62,806 nucleotides of DNA from an uncultured Clostridia bacterium (lineage in GTDB: Bacteria; Bacillota; Clostridia; Oscillospirales; JAAYOS01): assembly GCA_947585215.1 (NCBI GenBank), contig CANPWY010000001.1, positions 1 through 62,806 on the forward strand, written 5' to 3'. Shown piece after piece: positions 42,105 to 51,983 of the stretch (position 1 is the stretch's first letter; every line of letters begins with the position of its first letter). A program made the position numbers and the translations under genes. The notes below the pieces were generated by a model, which ran no database searches, was not told the origin of the DNA, and was given only the letters and a program-made list of their open reading frames with translations.

Positions 42105-45100
42105 TTACTTCACGATGTTCTCGCAGAAGCGCATGAGTATCGTCGCGATCTGAGCGCGGATGGCTCCACCGTTCGGCGCGAGCGTCGTCGCGGTCGTGCC
42201 GTTGATGAGCTCGGTGCCGACAGCCCAGCTCATCGGAGCGGCCGCGTAGCTCTGGACGCTCGCGGCGTCCGTGTAACCGGTGAGGCTGGAGGTCGTCGTC
42301 ACGTCGTACTTCTTGTACGCGGCGTAGCGATAGAGTATCGTCGCGGCCTCCTCGCGGGTGAGATCGCGGTCGGGGCGGAAGGTTCCGTCGCCGTAGCCGC
42401 CGACTATACCGTTCGCCGCCGCCCAGTTGATGGCGTCGGAGTACCACTCGCCCGCCGCTACATCGCTGAACGGAATGTTCTTCGTGACAGCAGGCTCACC
42501 GTCGAGACGATACAGGATAGTCACAAGCATCGCGCGGTTGGTCTGAGCGTTAGGAGCAAATGTCGTCTCGCCGGTGCCGTCCATGAGGCCGTTCTTCACG
42601 ACGTAGTTGATGGCGTCAACATACCACGCGGTCTGGTCGACGTCATAGAACCTAGTGGACGGAGCGGGACGGAACGACGGAGAGCTCGGCTCGGGCTGCG
42701 TGGTGGGCGGGGTAACGACGTCCGCATAGTCCGGCACGCCGTTCTCGTTGTCGTCGATGGCCCAGACGGCGTAGGCGTACTGGGAGCGGGCGTCACGCAG
42801 CCAGCGGTAGGTCTTTCCGGCTGCACCGGTCGGATTGCTGTCCGGGGTGAGGAGCCAGCTGGCGGCTTGAGTTGCGTTGTTAGCTACTCCGTGGACGAAT
42901 TTGGACCAGCCCAGCTGGACGTAATGATGGTACACAGAGCCGTCCGCTTTATAGTCCGTCCGGGTCAGCGTACCGGAGAAGTTGAACTCGATGTAGGCGC
43001 CGATATGGTATTGAGCAGTTGACGAGGGAAGTGTACCTTCGATCTCAGGCGTGACATCGGCCGGCAGTGTGCCGTCCAAATCGGCGTTATCATACCAGAC
43101 AGGTGTGAGCAGCGTGTCTTCCTCAAGATAATCGGGCACATCGTTGCCGTTCTTGTCCACTGCCCAGACGGCGTAGAGGGTCGCACCGCCCTCAAGCAGG
43201 GTTACGGAGTGAGTCAGTTCCGTAGCCTGGGTAATCGGATCAGGTATTTGTGTCAGGCTCCAGCCGACCAGCGTCGCGTCCTGTCTCCGGATCATGTCCT
43301 TGGCCGCATCGACCGAGAACATATCGTCGGTGGTGACGGAGCTGCCTACCGCGTGGAAATGCGAGCATGTGTAGAAGATACCGTCAGTGATCGTCACGTT
43401 AGCGCCGGTCTGAGCCACGCCGCCGTTTACATGATAGCTGACCTGAGCGGAACCGGTCTTATAACTCCCCGCCGCGTAAACAGCGTGGAAGGTGACCGTT
43501 TTATTGCTTTCGGTGATCTCAGTGGCAGGATCCCAAGTGTAATGGAACGCCAGAGAGGAGTCCTTGCTGTGATCGGCGAGAACGCCGAGGTTACTTGCCG
43601 TGCTCCAACCGGCAAAAACGTTTTCGCCACTTACCAGATCGGAGGACTGAGGCAGGTTGTACTGGATGCCGGCAAGCAGGCCGGTCATGTCGGCAGGCTT
43701 GGTGCCGGTGGCGCCGGTGCCGATGTCAAACGTGATGGTGTATTTCGTTTCGTCGTAGTCGGGCTGACCGTTGCTGTTCAGGTCCTGAGCCCACACGGCG
43801 TAGACGACCTTCTCCCGGTCGGTCAGAGTGACCTCCGTCACTATCTTATCGGATTCCGTGGGTGCCGCGGTGAACGGTGTCTCGACATATGTCTCGCTCC
43901 AGCCGATGAACACCACGGGAACGTTATCCAGCGTCTCGCGCCACGCTTCGCCCTCAGCGGGCTTCCACAGGGAGGCGGTGGAGTTGTGGGCGTAGAGGAT
44001 GTGGTCAGCGTCGATCACGGACTGCGGCGGATTCATGGCGCCGGGGTACTGATAGTCGATAGTCACGTACTGGTTTGTGTCGCGCGTCTCGCCGCAGACG
44101 GAGCAGACGCTGCTGGTGCCGATAGTGCCCCAGGTGTGAGCGATGCCGCGGAACTCGACTTCCTGCCCGCAGACAGTGCACTGCGCGGTGAACTCGTCGG
44201 TGCATTTCTTCCCCGTACCGTCTGATTTATAAGTATCGGCAGGGGCGGTGTGCTCGGTCATGGGAATGGTCTCGAAGATGCGGGAAGCCTCGTCGGTCTC
44301 ACCGCAGACGGTGCATGTCTTAACGAGGGTGCGGAGCCCGGTCTTTTCGCATGTGGCAGGTTCGATTGTGTGAGTCGAATCGCCCTTGTAGTCCGCGTCT
44401 TCCTTAAGTTCGCTCCAGGTGTGGTCGGTGGTGGGGATGTCTATCTTGAGGGTCGCGCCGCACTTCTGGCAGGTGAGGGTATGTTCGCCCTTTGTGGTGC
44501 AGGTGGCAGCCTTTGTCACCGACTCCGTCCAGGCGTGGTTGCCGTCCGCACAGAGAGGATCACTGCCCTGACTGATTGTCTCCGTATACGTGCAGCCGGC
44601 ATTTGAGCACTTGAGGCTGCCGTTTTCGCCAGGTACGAGAACATGGGTCGTGGCGGGCGTGGTGACTTCTTCCCACGTAAAATTGCAATCTTGACGGGCG
44701 CATGTATACTCAGTTGTGGTAGGCTCGGTGCAGAGAGTAGGTTTCTTTTCTGTCCCGCTCGACGGCTTCAGATGCCCCAACGCGTCGATCGCTACCTGAT
44801 ACTCATCAAGGCACGTCGTGCAGGTGTAGGTGTCGTAACCCGGCTCGGTGCAGGTGGGGTCTTTATGTCCGTCTGCAACCGCAGCACCCTTAGTATGCTC
44901 ATGGAGCTTATATTCCACTTCGCTCGCGGTGAGGCCGGAAGAGCGGAAGATGTCCTGCATACGCTCGAGGTCGGCTTCGTCCTTATACTCTACAGTGATA
45001 GTGCCGTCAATTTTGGCATTTTCATTTTCTACCGCACGAATATCGCCGCCGGGATAAACGGTGATATTGCCCTTAACAGCGCCATCACCATCAAGGATCA

Positions 45101-46622
45101 GCTCACCGCCGGCCTTGACGTCGATATTGCCCGTAATAATGCCCTCGTTGACAGCATTGCCGCCGACTGCGATGGTAACATTGCCGGTAATTGAACCTTT
45201 ATTGTCAAACCGGCTCTTCTGATCCCCGGTATATCCGGGCATGTGCTCAATGATGACATTGGCCTCGACTTCTCCCTCGGTTCCGTTCGTAAACAGAGAA
45301 CCGTCGTGAATGCGGACTTCACTTCCGGTGATCTTGCCTTCATTGGTGACTTCGGGGAAATAATACTTCCCCGCCTGCTCAAACGACATCAGGTAAAGGT
45401 TTCCGGTGATCGTTCCCTTGGTATCCAGCTTTCCTTCGCCCCAGGCGTAGACGTTACCCCCAAAAGTGAAATTCGGGCCTATATTAGCGGAATTTAAGGA
45501 ACCGATGGCGATATCGCCCCAGCTGTCGCCGTCCCACTTCTCTTGGGTATAGTGGACATTGTCACGGATAGTGCCTCCGTTCAGCACGATCGTATCTCCG
45601 TCGCCGCCGTTCTGAGCTAGAGCGCTGACACGGCAGCCGGTGTTTCCAGAGATCTCGCCGCCATTCATGGTAAACTTGCCTTTGCTGTGGACATAGATGA
45701 CCTGATCCCAAACATTGTTTGGGCCTTTGAGACCGAGATTCTCGTAAATCTTGCCGCCGCTCATGACCAGTTCTCCGCCGATAGCCATGCAGACGACGCC
45801 GTTGCTCTCGTAGCCAACATTTTCATAGATCTCGCCACCCGAGATCGTCATGACAGCTCCTGTATAGATGTCGAACAGTCCGCCGTTAAATGTAGCATAG
45901 TTCTTGTAAATTTTAGCGCCGTCAGATATATTGACTGTGATATTGGAGCTGGTTCCAGTTCCCACGATTACTCCGTGATTACTGGTATTATTGAATAGTT
46001 CCGCATTCTTGATCTCAATCGTCGAATTTTCGGTATTGGAGTAAACGACACCCAAATTATTACCGGGCGCATAGAATCCGCTGATTTTCGTGCCGCCGTC
46101 CAGAGTCAGCGTACCGCCCGCTACAACAATCAGGTTCGCTGTCGAAGTGACCCCATCACTTTGAGCAGTAATGAGAGGTTTTTGGGTAATATTGTGAACC
46201 TGAAATTTTAACGAAGTTGCTTTTGCTTCCTCAAGATTGGTCTCATTAAAGCTCCACTTGCCGCCGGCGTCGATGGTGACGCCTTGGAGCGTCAAAGCGG
46301 CGCCGTTTGAAACGGTGAACATCGTGCCGGTATAGCTTTCGCCGTATTTGACGGTATGGCTGCCGTCGCCGACGATGGTAACATCATGGCTGATGGTCAA
46401 CGCCGCGGTGACCTCAATATCTCCGGTTAAGGTGATCTTGGTGTTGCTTGCTTCATTAAGCGCTGATTGCAACGCCTCAAAATTAGCCGCCGCTGTCTCA
46501 CTTCCGCCGCCTTCCGCCGCCGCGAAGGCAGTTCCCGGTACCAGCGTCAGCACCATGCAGAGCGCCAGAACCAGAGACAATACTTTTTTCCTCATTTTCT
46601 GATCGTGCTCCTTTCGATTCAT
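42105..46622 (-). CDS. giant SLH-anchored surface protein (beta-helix repeats, Cys-rich repeats, 3 C-terminal SLH domains)
   Basis: Signal peptide ..LVLALCMVLTLVPGTAFAAAEGG; repeated CTxxGxxTxTCxxCG modules; SLH repeats (FYDVDQTAWYVDAINYVVKNGLMDG, FSDVAAGEWYSDAINWAAANGIVGG, YTDAASVQSYAAAPMSWAV). The start may instead be MRKKVLS at 46595. Confidence 0.88.
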   Translation of the reverse strand: MNRKEHDQKMRKKVLSLVLALCMVLTLVPGTAFAAAEGGGSETAAANFEALQSALNEASNTKITLTGDIEVTAALTISHDVTIVGDGSHTVKYGESYTGTMFTVSNGAALTLQGVTIDAGGKWSFNETNLEEAKATSLKFQVHNITQKPLITAQSDGVTSTANLIVVAGGTLTLDGGTKISGFYAPGNNLGVVYSNTENSTIEIKNAELFNNTSNHGVIVGTGTSSNITVNISDGAKIYKNYATFNGGLFDIYTGAVMTISGGEIYENVGYESNGVVCMAIGGELVMSGGKIYENLGLKGPNNVWDQVIYVHSKGKFTMNGGEISGNTGCRVSALAQNGGDGDTIVLNGGTIRDNVHYTQEKWDGDSWGDIAIGSLNSANIGPNFTFGGNVYAWGEGKLDTKGTITGNLYLMSFEQAGKYYFPEVTNEGKITGSEVRIHDGSLFTNGTEGEVEANVIIEHMPGYTGDQKSRFDNKGSITGNVTIAVGGNAVNEGIITGNIDVKAGGELILDGDGAVKGNITVYPGGDIRAVENENAKIDGTITVEYKDEADLERMQDIFRSSGLTASEVEYKLHEHTKGAAVADGHKDPTCTEPGYDTYTCTTCLDEYQVAIDALGHLKPSSGTEKKPTLCTEPTTTEYTCARQDCNFTWEEVTTPATTHVLVPGENGSLKCSNAGCTYTETISQGSDPLCADGNHAWTESVTKAATCTTKGEHTLTCQKCGATLKIDIPTTDHTWSELKEDADYKGDSTHTIEPATCEKTGLRTLVKTCTVCGETDEASRIFETIPMTEHTAPADTYKSDGTGKKCTDEFTAQCTVCGQEVEFRGIAHTWGTIGTSSVCSVCGETRDTNQYVTIDYQYPGAMNPPQSVIDADHILYAHNSTASLWKPAEGEAWRETLDNVPVVFIGWSETYVETPFTAAPTESDKIVTEVTLTDREKVVYAVWAQDLNSNGQPDYDETKYTITFDIGTGATGTKPADMTGLLAGIQYNLPQSSDLVSGENVFAGWSTASNLGVLADHSKDSSLAFHYTWDPATEITESNKTVTFHAVYAAGSYKTGSAQVSYHVNGGVAQTGANVTITDGIFYTCSHFHAVGSSVTTDDMFSVDAAKDMIRRQDATLVGWSLTQIPDPITQATELTHSVTLLEGGATLYAVWAVDKNGNDVPDYLEEDTLLTPVWYDNADLDGTLPADVTPEIEGTLPSSTAQYHIGAYIEFNFSGTLTRTDYKADGSVYHHYVQLGWSKFVHGVANNATQAASWLLTPDSNPTGAAGKTYRWLRDARSQYAYAVWAIDDNENGVPDYADVVTPPTTQPEPSSPSFRPAPSTRFYDVDQTAWYVDAINYVVKNGLMDGTGETTFAPNAQTNRAMLVTILYRLDGEPAVTKNIPFSDVAAGEWYSDAINWAAANGIVGGYGDGTFRPDRDLTREEAATILYRYAAYKKYDVTTTSSLTGYTDAASVQSYAAAPMSWAVGTELINGTTATTLAPNGGAIRAQIATILMRFCENIVK

Positions 46623-47014
46623 TATTTGCGCGGGGAGCTTTTTTGCGGCCGTCCGTCCCTCCCGTTCTCCGCCCGGACAGGCGGGATCGCGGGCTGCGGC
46701 AAGCCCGGATCGCCGCTGTCAGGCAGAGCATGAAAGGAGACGGAGAAGCCGTGAGAAAGCTTCTCCTCCCGCCTTTCCGCGTTTGCGGAAAAGCGGGAGC
46801 AAACTCTTTCCCGAGGTAGACCACGCATTTGCGGAAAATCTTACCTTTTCGCAAATTCGGCGCATATGTCGTTTTGCCTAATTATATCACCATTAAATTG
46901 AAAATACCAGACCTCTTTCATAAAAATTTTCGAGAATTCCCGTGCGGTTTTTCTCTTCGTTTGTTTTGCCAAAAAGTAAAGGTTTTCGCAAATTTTCCCG
47001 CCCAAAAAGTCACC

Positions 47015-47043
47015 AAATTTGCCTGTCACTGACAGGCAAATTT
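47015..47043. promoter_or_regulatory. perfect 14-bp inverted repeat (candidate operator)
   Basis: AAATTTGCCTGTCA-C-TGACAGGCAAATTT lies about 125 nt upstream of the aldo-keto reductase start, in an AT-rich intergenic region. Confidence 0.4.
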
Positions 47044-47167
47044 TCATCCTCGGAATTATTTCCCGCGGGGACGGCGCGCCGCTTGCCATTCCGCCGGCGG
47101 CGGTGTATAATGTTCTCATAAATTACGGCGCGGCGGAGACGCGGCCGCGCGCACAACGGAGGTCGTT

Positions 47168-48286
47168 ATGAAAAAACTGGGGTTCGGACTTATGCGCCTG
47201 CCGCATATCGGGAGCGACCCGGCGCAGGTGGACATGGAGCAGATGAAAAAGATGGTCGACATGTTCATGGAGAAGGGCTTTACATACTTCGACACGGCGT
47301 GGATGTACAACGGCTTTGCAAGCGAGCGTGCCACGAAGGAGGCACTCGTCGACCGCTACCCGCGCGAGAGCTTCACGCTCGCGACGAAGCTCCACGCCGG
47401 GTTCTTCGACTCGCTCGAGGATCGGGATAAGGTATTCAACGCACAGCTCGAAAAGACCGGCGCGGGATACTTCGACTACTATCTGATACACGGTATAGAG
47501 GAGAGCATGTACCCGAAGTACGAGCGCTTCGACTGCTTCAACTGGCTCGCGGAGAAGAAGGCGCAGGGCCTCGTGAAGCACATCGGCTTCTCGTTCCACG
47601 ACACGCCGGAGCTGCTCGACGAGATACTCACAAAGCACCCGGATGTGGAGTTCGTGCAGCTCCAGCTCAACTACCTCGACTGGGAGAGCGAGTGGATACA
47701 CTCCCGCGAGTGCTACGAGGTCGCGCGGAAGCACGGGAAGCCGATAATCGTGATGGAGCCGGTCAAGGGCGGCACGCTCGCGCGCGTGCCGGAGGAAGCG
47801 GAAAAGCTCTTCAAGGAGCGCGAGCCGAATATGAGCGTCCCGAGCTGGGCGCTGCGCTTTGCCGCGAGCCTCGAGGGCGTCATGGTCGTGCTCAGCGGAA
47901 TGTCCTCCGTGGAACAGATGGAGGACAACCTCGCCTGCATGGACTCGTTCAAGCCCCTCAGCGAGGAGGAGAAGGCGCTCTGCTTCAAGGCGGCGGAGAT
48001 CATAAACGCGCAGATAGCCATTCCCTGCACCGGATGCAGCTACTGCACCGAGGGATGCCCGATGCACATCGCGATACCGCAGTATTTCTCGCTCTACAAC
48101 GAGGATATGCGCGAGCACCTCGAGGAGAAGGGTTGGACGATAAACTTCTCGAACTATGAGATCCTCGGCGGCAAGTTTGGCAAGGCGTCCGACTGCGTGG
48201 CGTGCGGTCAGTGCGAGGGCGTCTGCCCCCAGCATCTGCCCGTAATTGAAAATCTGAAGAAGGTCGCGGCGCACTACGGCGCGTGA
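47168..48286 (+). CDS. aldo/keto reductase with C-terminal 4Fe-4S ferredoxin-type domain
   Basis: ..GFTYFDTAWMYNGFASE.. AKR core. C-terminal motifs are CTGCSYCTEGCP and CVACGQCEGVCP. GGAGG RBS. Confidence 0.9.
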   Translation: MKKLGFGLMRLPHIGSDPAQVDMEQMKKMVDMFMEKGFTYFDTAWMYNGFASERATKEALVDRYPRESFTLATKLHAGFFDSLEDRDKVFNAQLEKTGAGYFDYYLIHGIEESMYPKYERFDCFNWLAEKKAQGLVKHIGFSFHDTPELLDEILTKHPDVEFVQLQLNYLDWESEWIHSRECYEVARKHGKPIIVMEPVKGGTLARVPEEAEKLFKEREPNMSVPSWALRFAASLEGVMVVLSGMSSVEQMEDNLACMDSFKPLSEEEKALCFKAAEIINAQIAIPCTGCSYCTEGCPMHIAIPQYFSLYNEDMREHLEEKGWTINFSNYEILGGKFGKASDCVACGQCEGVCPQHLPVIENLKKVAAHYGA

Positions 48287-48502
48287 CGCGCCGCTTCGAC
48301 ACATACAAAACACCGGCGGGACGTTTTTTGTCCCGCCGGTGTTTGTTGCAGATTTTGTTGTGTTGCGGCGCATCCGGTCATCAAACAGCGAAATGTTATT
48401 CGGTGCGCGGTTTGCTCCGCGCAAAAAATTTTCGCGAAACCTGTCCGAAAACACGCCGCTGTTTGCATATTACCAATAGAAAGAACGAAAGGAGGAGTCC
48501 CC

Positions 48503-50374
48503 ATGCGTCCGCAACTTTCGATAATCACGCTGTTCCGCTCGCCGCTGAAGACTATGGTGACGTTTGTGCTGCTGCTCGCGACGTCGTTTGCGTTCGTTTC
48601 GCGCGGCGCGGAGTACGCCGCTACGGTGCGCGAGATCGACCGCGCCGAGGCGGAGTATTCTGCTGTCGGAACCGTGCAGCGCACGACGAACTCCTACTAT
48701 GACTTCATGGACGCCGCGGGCATGGGCAGCGCGGAATATATCGAACGTCAAAGCACGGCGGTACTCCCTATCGAGCGGGAAGTGCTCGGCATCATCGAGG
48801 CGTCGCCGTATGTCGCGCGCAGCGAGATAAGACAGGTGAGCGGAGGCCTTTCGGGGGAACTGACAAACGTCGTCGAACAGCCGCTCAGCGCGCTCCCGGA
48901 CTATTCGGACTGGTCGTGGTTCTGGACAAAGAACACCTTCGAGATGGACTCTTGTTTTGTCATCGCCAGACCCAACTCGGAAAGTTACTATGCGGTTCCG
49001 TCTTTTACTGTTGACGATGTGCTTATCGCCGCAGATGATTCGGTGATCCATGTCGGGCAGACAATAAGCGTGTGGGAAAAGGAAATAGGTTCTGATAAAG
49101 AATTGCAAAGCCGGTTATTCGGCGATCTTGCTGTCACAGATAGATACCTTTTGGCGCTGAATACGGAATTGGATAGCGAAAAGTCCGATTTCAAAGTAAT
49201 TATCGACTATGTTGACTGTCCCGTCGTAAATATCGCTCGTCTCGAACGCGACTACGGAGTGACCGACTATATCTCGGCGCTGAGAGAACCGGAGAAGTAC
49301 GGCATCCCGACCGTGTCCTCCGACGAAGCGCCGGTTATCTCCACGCTCGACTGTATGCGGATACTTTATCATAATTTTCACACAAGCGAAGTCGTTTACA
49401 CATCGGACATGAGCCTCATACACAAGTTCAAATCCGGAGATATGTATATTGCGGACGGCAGGGCTCTTGAAGCGGGAGAGACCGCGGACGTTTGCATCGT
49501 CGGGGCGGACTTCGCCGCGCTCAACGGTCTCGCCGTCGGGGATACGGTGACGCTGAACCTCACCGCCGACACGCTGACGCACAGCGGCAAGGTGTTTGCC
49601 CGCGAGGCTCCGTATCCCGCAAGTCCGGACGTCTTCGGTGAGTATCGCCTTACCGAACGCGGGCTTCCCGAGTTACAAAAGACCTTTGAGGTTGTGGGGA
49701 TATGGACGGATGGGCATTTTGACGTGGAGGATCCCTATACATATGCGCTGAACACCATATTCGTTCCCGCGTCCTGCTGCCCATGGGCGGGGCAGATTGA
49801 GCCGGCTCCGCTTCCCTCGACCTTCTCATTTGAGTTGGAGCATCCCGGCGACATGGCGCTGATACAGGACGAGCTCGGGGACAAGCTCGCCGCTCTCGGC
49901 TACGAGCTCGTCATAAACGACGAGGGCTACGCCGCGGCGAAGCCCTCCTTCGACTTCATGAAGCTCTCGTCGCTGATAGGGTTTGTCGGAATGGCGCTCG
50001 CGTTGCTGCTGTCGCTTGTACTTATAACGTATCTGTTCATCATTAGAAAAAAGCACGACTACGCGATAATGCGCGCTCTCGGAACTCCCGTCCCGCGCGC
50101 AAACGCTTCTCTGCTTGTCGGACTGTTCGCACTCGCGCTCGCGGCGGTACTGCTCGGAACGGCGCTCGCCGTCGCCGCGACGAGCGGCTTTGCCTCCGAC
50201 CTCTCAGCGCAGATAGGCGAGGTCACCGGCGGCGAAGTCGCGGCGACGCTGCCGGGCTGGACGTTCGGAGCGTTCGGCGCGGGCACGCTCGCGCTCCTGC
50301 TCGTGTTCGCGTGGGTCGGACTGGTGAGGATTGGACGGATACCGCCGCTTGCGCTGCTGCAAAACAGGGCATAG
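48503..50374 (+). CDS. large FtsX/MacB-type ABC permease (orphan paralogue C)
   Basis: MRPQLSIITLFRSPLKTMVTFVLLLATSFAFVSRG.. is collinear with the products at 6151-8067 and 9384-11249 and ends ..PPLALLQNRA. No adjacent ATPase or lipoprotein gene. Confidence 0.85.
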   Translation: MRPQLSIITLFRSPLKTMVTFVLLLATSFAFVSRGAEYAATVREIDRAEAEYSAVGTVQRTTNSYYDFMDAAGMGSAEYIERQSTAVLPIEREVLGIIEASPYVARSEIRQVSGGLSGELTNVVEQPLSALPDYSDWSWFWTKNTFEMDSCFVIARPNSESYYAVPSFTVDDVLIAADDSVIHVGQTISVWEKEIGSDKELQSRLFGDLAVTDRYLLALNTELDSEKSDFKVIIDYVDCPVVNIARLERDYGVTDYISALREPEKYGIPTVSSDEAPVISTLDCMRILYHNFHTSEVVYTSDMSLIHKFKSGDMYIADGRALEAGETADVCIVGADFAALNGLAVGDTVTLNLTADTLTHSGKVFAREAPYPASPDVFGEYRLTERGLPELQKTFEVVGIWTDGHFDVEDPYTYALNTIFVPASCCPWAGQIEPAPLPSTFSFELEHPGDMALIQDELGDKLAALGYELVINDEGYAAAKPSFDFMKLSSLIGFVGMALALLLSLVLITYLFIIRKKHDYAIMRALGTPVPRANASLLVGLFALALAAVLLGTALAVAATSGFASDLSAQIGEVTGGEVAATLPGWTFGAFGAGTLALLLVFAWVGLVRIGRIPPLALLQNRA

Positions 50375-50540
50375 TTGTGCGAGTCTGCTCCTGTCGAACG
50401 GCTTTACGCTCAAGGGCGTTCAGGAATATCTCGGTCATGCGGACATTCAAATGACGGCGAACATTTACGGACACCTTGATACAGCGCGAAAAAAGGAGCT
50501 CGCCGACAGGCTCTCCGGAAGTATATTCGGGGCTTGTTAG
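50364..50540 (+). pseudogene. C-terminal remnant of a tyrosine recombinase/integrase
   Basis: ..HSCASLLLSNGFTLKGVQEYLGHADIQMTANIYGHL.. matches the box II region (H-x-x-R/..LGH..T..Y.H with the catalytic Tyr) of phage-type integrases. Only about 58 codons remain, starting inside the end of the permease gene. Confidence 0.65.
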
Positions 50541-50581
50541 AAAACCGTTAGAAATGCGCATCGCGGGAAATCGGACAGAAA

Positions 50582-50620
50582 GAAAAAGTTCCGAATTTCC
50601 GCGAAAACGCGGAAATTCGG
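50582..50620 (-). terminator. Rho-independent terminator downstream of tRNA-Pro
   Basis: CCGAATTTCCGCG-AAAA-CGCGGAAATTCGG is a 13-bp perfect stem. There is a U-tract on the minus strand (complement of AGAAAAAG). Confidence 0.75.
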
Positions 50621-50629
50621 AACCTAATG

Positions 50630-50705
50630 TGGTCCGAGTGACAGGACTTGAACCTGCGGCCTCTTGACCCCCAGTCAAGCGCGCTACCAGCTGCGCCACA
50701 CCCGG
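50630..50705 (-). tRNA. tRNA-Pro (anticodon GGG), CCA encoded
   Basis: Manual cloverleaf: acceptor CCGGGTG/CACTCGG (one G-U), D arm GCGC-AGCTGGTA-GCGC, anticodon arm CTTGA-CTGGGGG-TCAAG, variable AGGCC, T arm GCAGG-TTCAAGT-CCTGT, discriminator A, CCA. Confidence 0.9.
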
Positions 50706-50806
50706 ATACGCCTCTTTACAGCTCAACTATTGTATCACAACGGCGGCGCGATGTCAAGCGTGAAGAGGCGGAGATATTGCAAATATATTTCGCCGCGCGC
50801 GGCGCG

Positions 50807-51469
50807 TCAGACGATGCCTCCGTTCCAGTCGAAGCCGACGGCCTCGAAGAACACCTTGCATATAAGCGCACAGCCGATGTGGTTGGGGTGTACGCGGTCC
50901 CAGGTTATCACGGAGGAGTACATGTGCTCCATGAACCGGTCAAATCCAGCCTGGACGTCCGCGAGTGGGAGCGCGTACTTCGCCGCGAGCTCCGCCACGA
51001 CCTCACAGCGCCGGTCAATCTCTGCGCGCATCGGGTCCGAACGGTTGGGCTCGAGGTAGTATGGCGTCATCAGCACCATGCCCTTCACGCGCGGCAGAGT
51101 CGTTTCGATGAGCCGCTCGAGCGTCTCGCGGTAGTATTCGACGGTGAGGTGCTGTTCGTGGAAGTGCGGCGAGTCGAACCGCCGCCACACGTCGTTGACG
51201 CCTATCATCACCGCGACCCAGTCCGGAGAATCGTCCAGAACATCCTCCTGCCAGCGGGCGGCGAGCTCACTTATGCGGTCGCCGCTCACGCCGCGGTTGA
51301 CGACGCGCAGGTCTAGCTGCGGGTACATTGCGTCGAAGAACCCGGCGATATAGCTGACATAGCCGTTGCCGTAAGCGCCGAAGAGACCTTCGCCCGAGGG
51401 ACGGGCGCGCCCGGCGTCGGTGACCGAGTCGCCGGCAAAGATTATCTTGTCATGCGCGGAAAAGAGCAT
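50807..51469 (-). CDS. SGNH/GDSL-family hydrolase
   Basis: N-terminal ..IIFAGDSVTDAG.. (GDS block), ..GVND.., and C-terminal ..DRVHPN.. (DxxH). GGGAGG RBS. Confidence 0.85.
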   Translation of the reverse strand: MLFSAHDKIIFAGDSVTDAGRARPSGEGLFGAYGNGYVSYIAGFFDAMYPQLDLRVVNRGVSGDRISELAARWQEDVLDDSPDWVAVMIGVNDVWRRFDSPHFHEQHLTVEYYRETLERLIETTLPRVKGMVLMTPYYLEPNRSDPMRAEIDRRCEVVAELAAKYALPLADVQAGFDRFMEHMYSSVITWDRVHPNHIGCALICKVFFEAVGFDWNGGIV

Positions 51470-51704
51470 ATGGCAGTCCTCCCGATATGTTTTTGTAAGT
51501 CAAGTATAGTCCTTTCAAGGGCGGATTGCAAGCCCGCGGGGGCGCGATCTGTCGTATTAGACCGAAAGGACGCCGCTTGCACGGCGCCCTTTCGGTCGGA
51601 TGAGAGTGAAAGTATGGAGGAGGTCAATAGTGGAGGATAGTCGGAGAATGTTTCGGGGATGCGGTGAGGCGCATCCGTAGTTAGCTATTGCTAACTACGG
51701 TTTA

Positions 51705-51733
51705 AGTTTACCACCGCTAACAAGACTTGTCAA
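51705..51733 (-). promoter_or_regulatory. candidate promoter upstream of a structured ~230-nt leader of the SGNH hydrolase gene
   Basis: On the minus strand: TTGACA (complement of 51728-51733), 17 nt, TAAACT (complement of 51705-51710). Confidence 0.4.
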
Positions 51734-51912
51734 GTGGTACGCCGAAAATTTTCTGTACAAAAGACTGCGCGGGGGAGAGCCGTCCCGTGCGCGAAAATTC
51801 GGCGGCGCGGCGCTGTCGGGCAGGAAAGAGCGTCGCACCAAATCGCAGGAATCAGGACACGGCCGAGCCGCCGGAAACGCGGAGCGGGACACGGCGCCGA
51901 GCTGCCGGAAAC

Positions 51913-51942
51913 AAAAAACGGGAGACCGCGACGGTCTCCCGT
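51913..51942 (-). terminator. Rho-independent terminator after the ftsH / small-ORF unit
   Basis: CGGGAGACCG-CGA-CGGTCTCCCG stem. The A6 run at 51913-51918 gives a U-tract on the minus strand. Confidence 0.8.
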
Positions 51943-51983
51943 TTCGTATTTGCTTTCGGCCGGAAGGGTTCCGGCGGCGGTCC

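Noticed and set aside
47123-48454. 443-aa minus-strand ORF
   Set aside because: It is antisense to the aldo-keto reductase gene, which has a clear AKR core, Fe-S motifs and an RBS.
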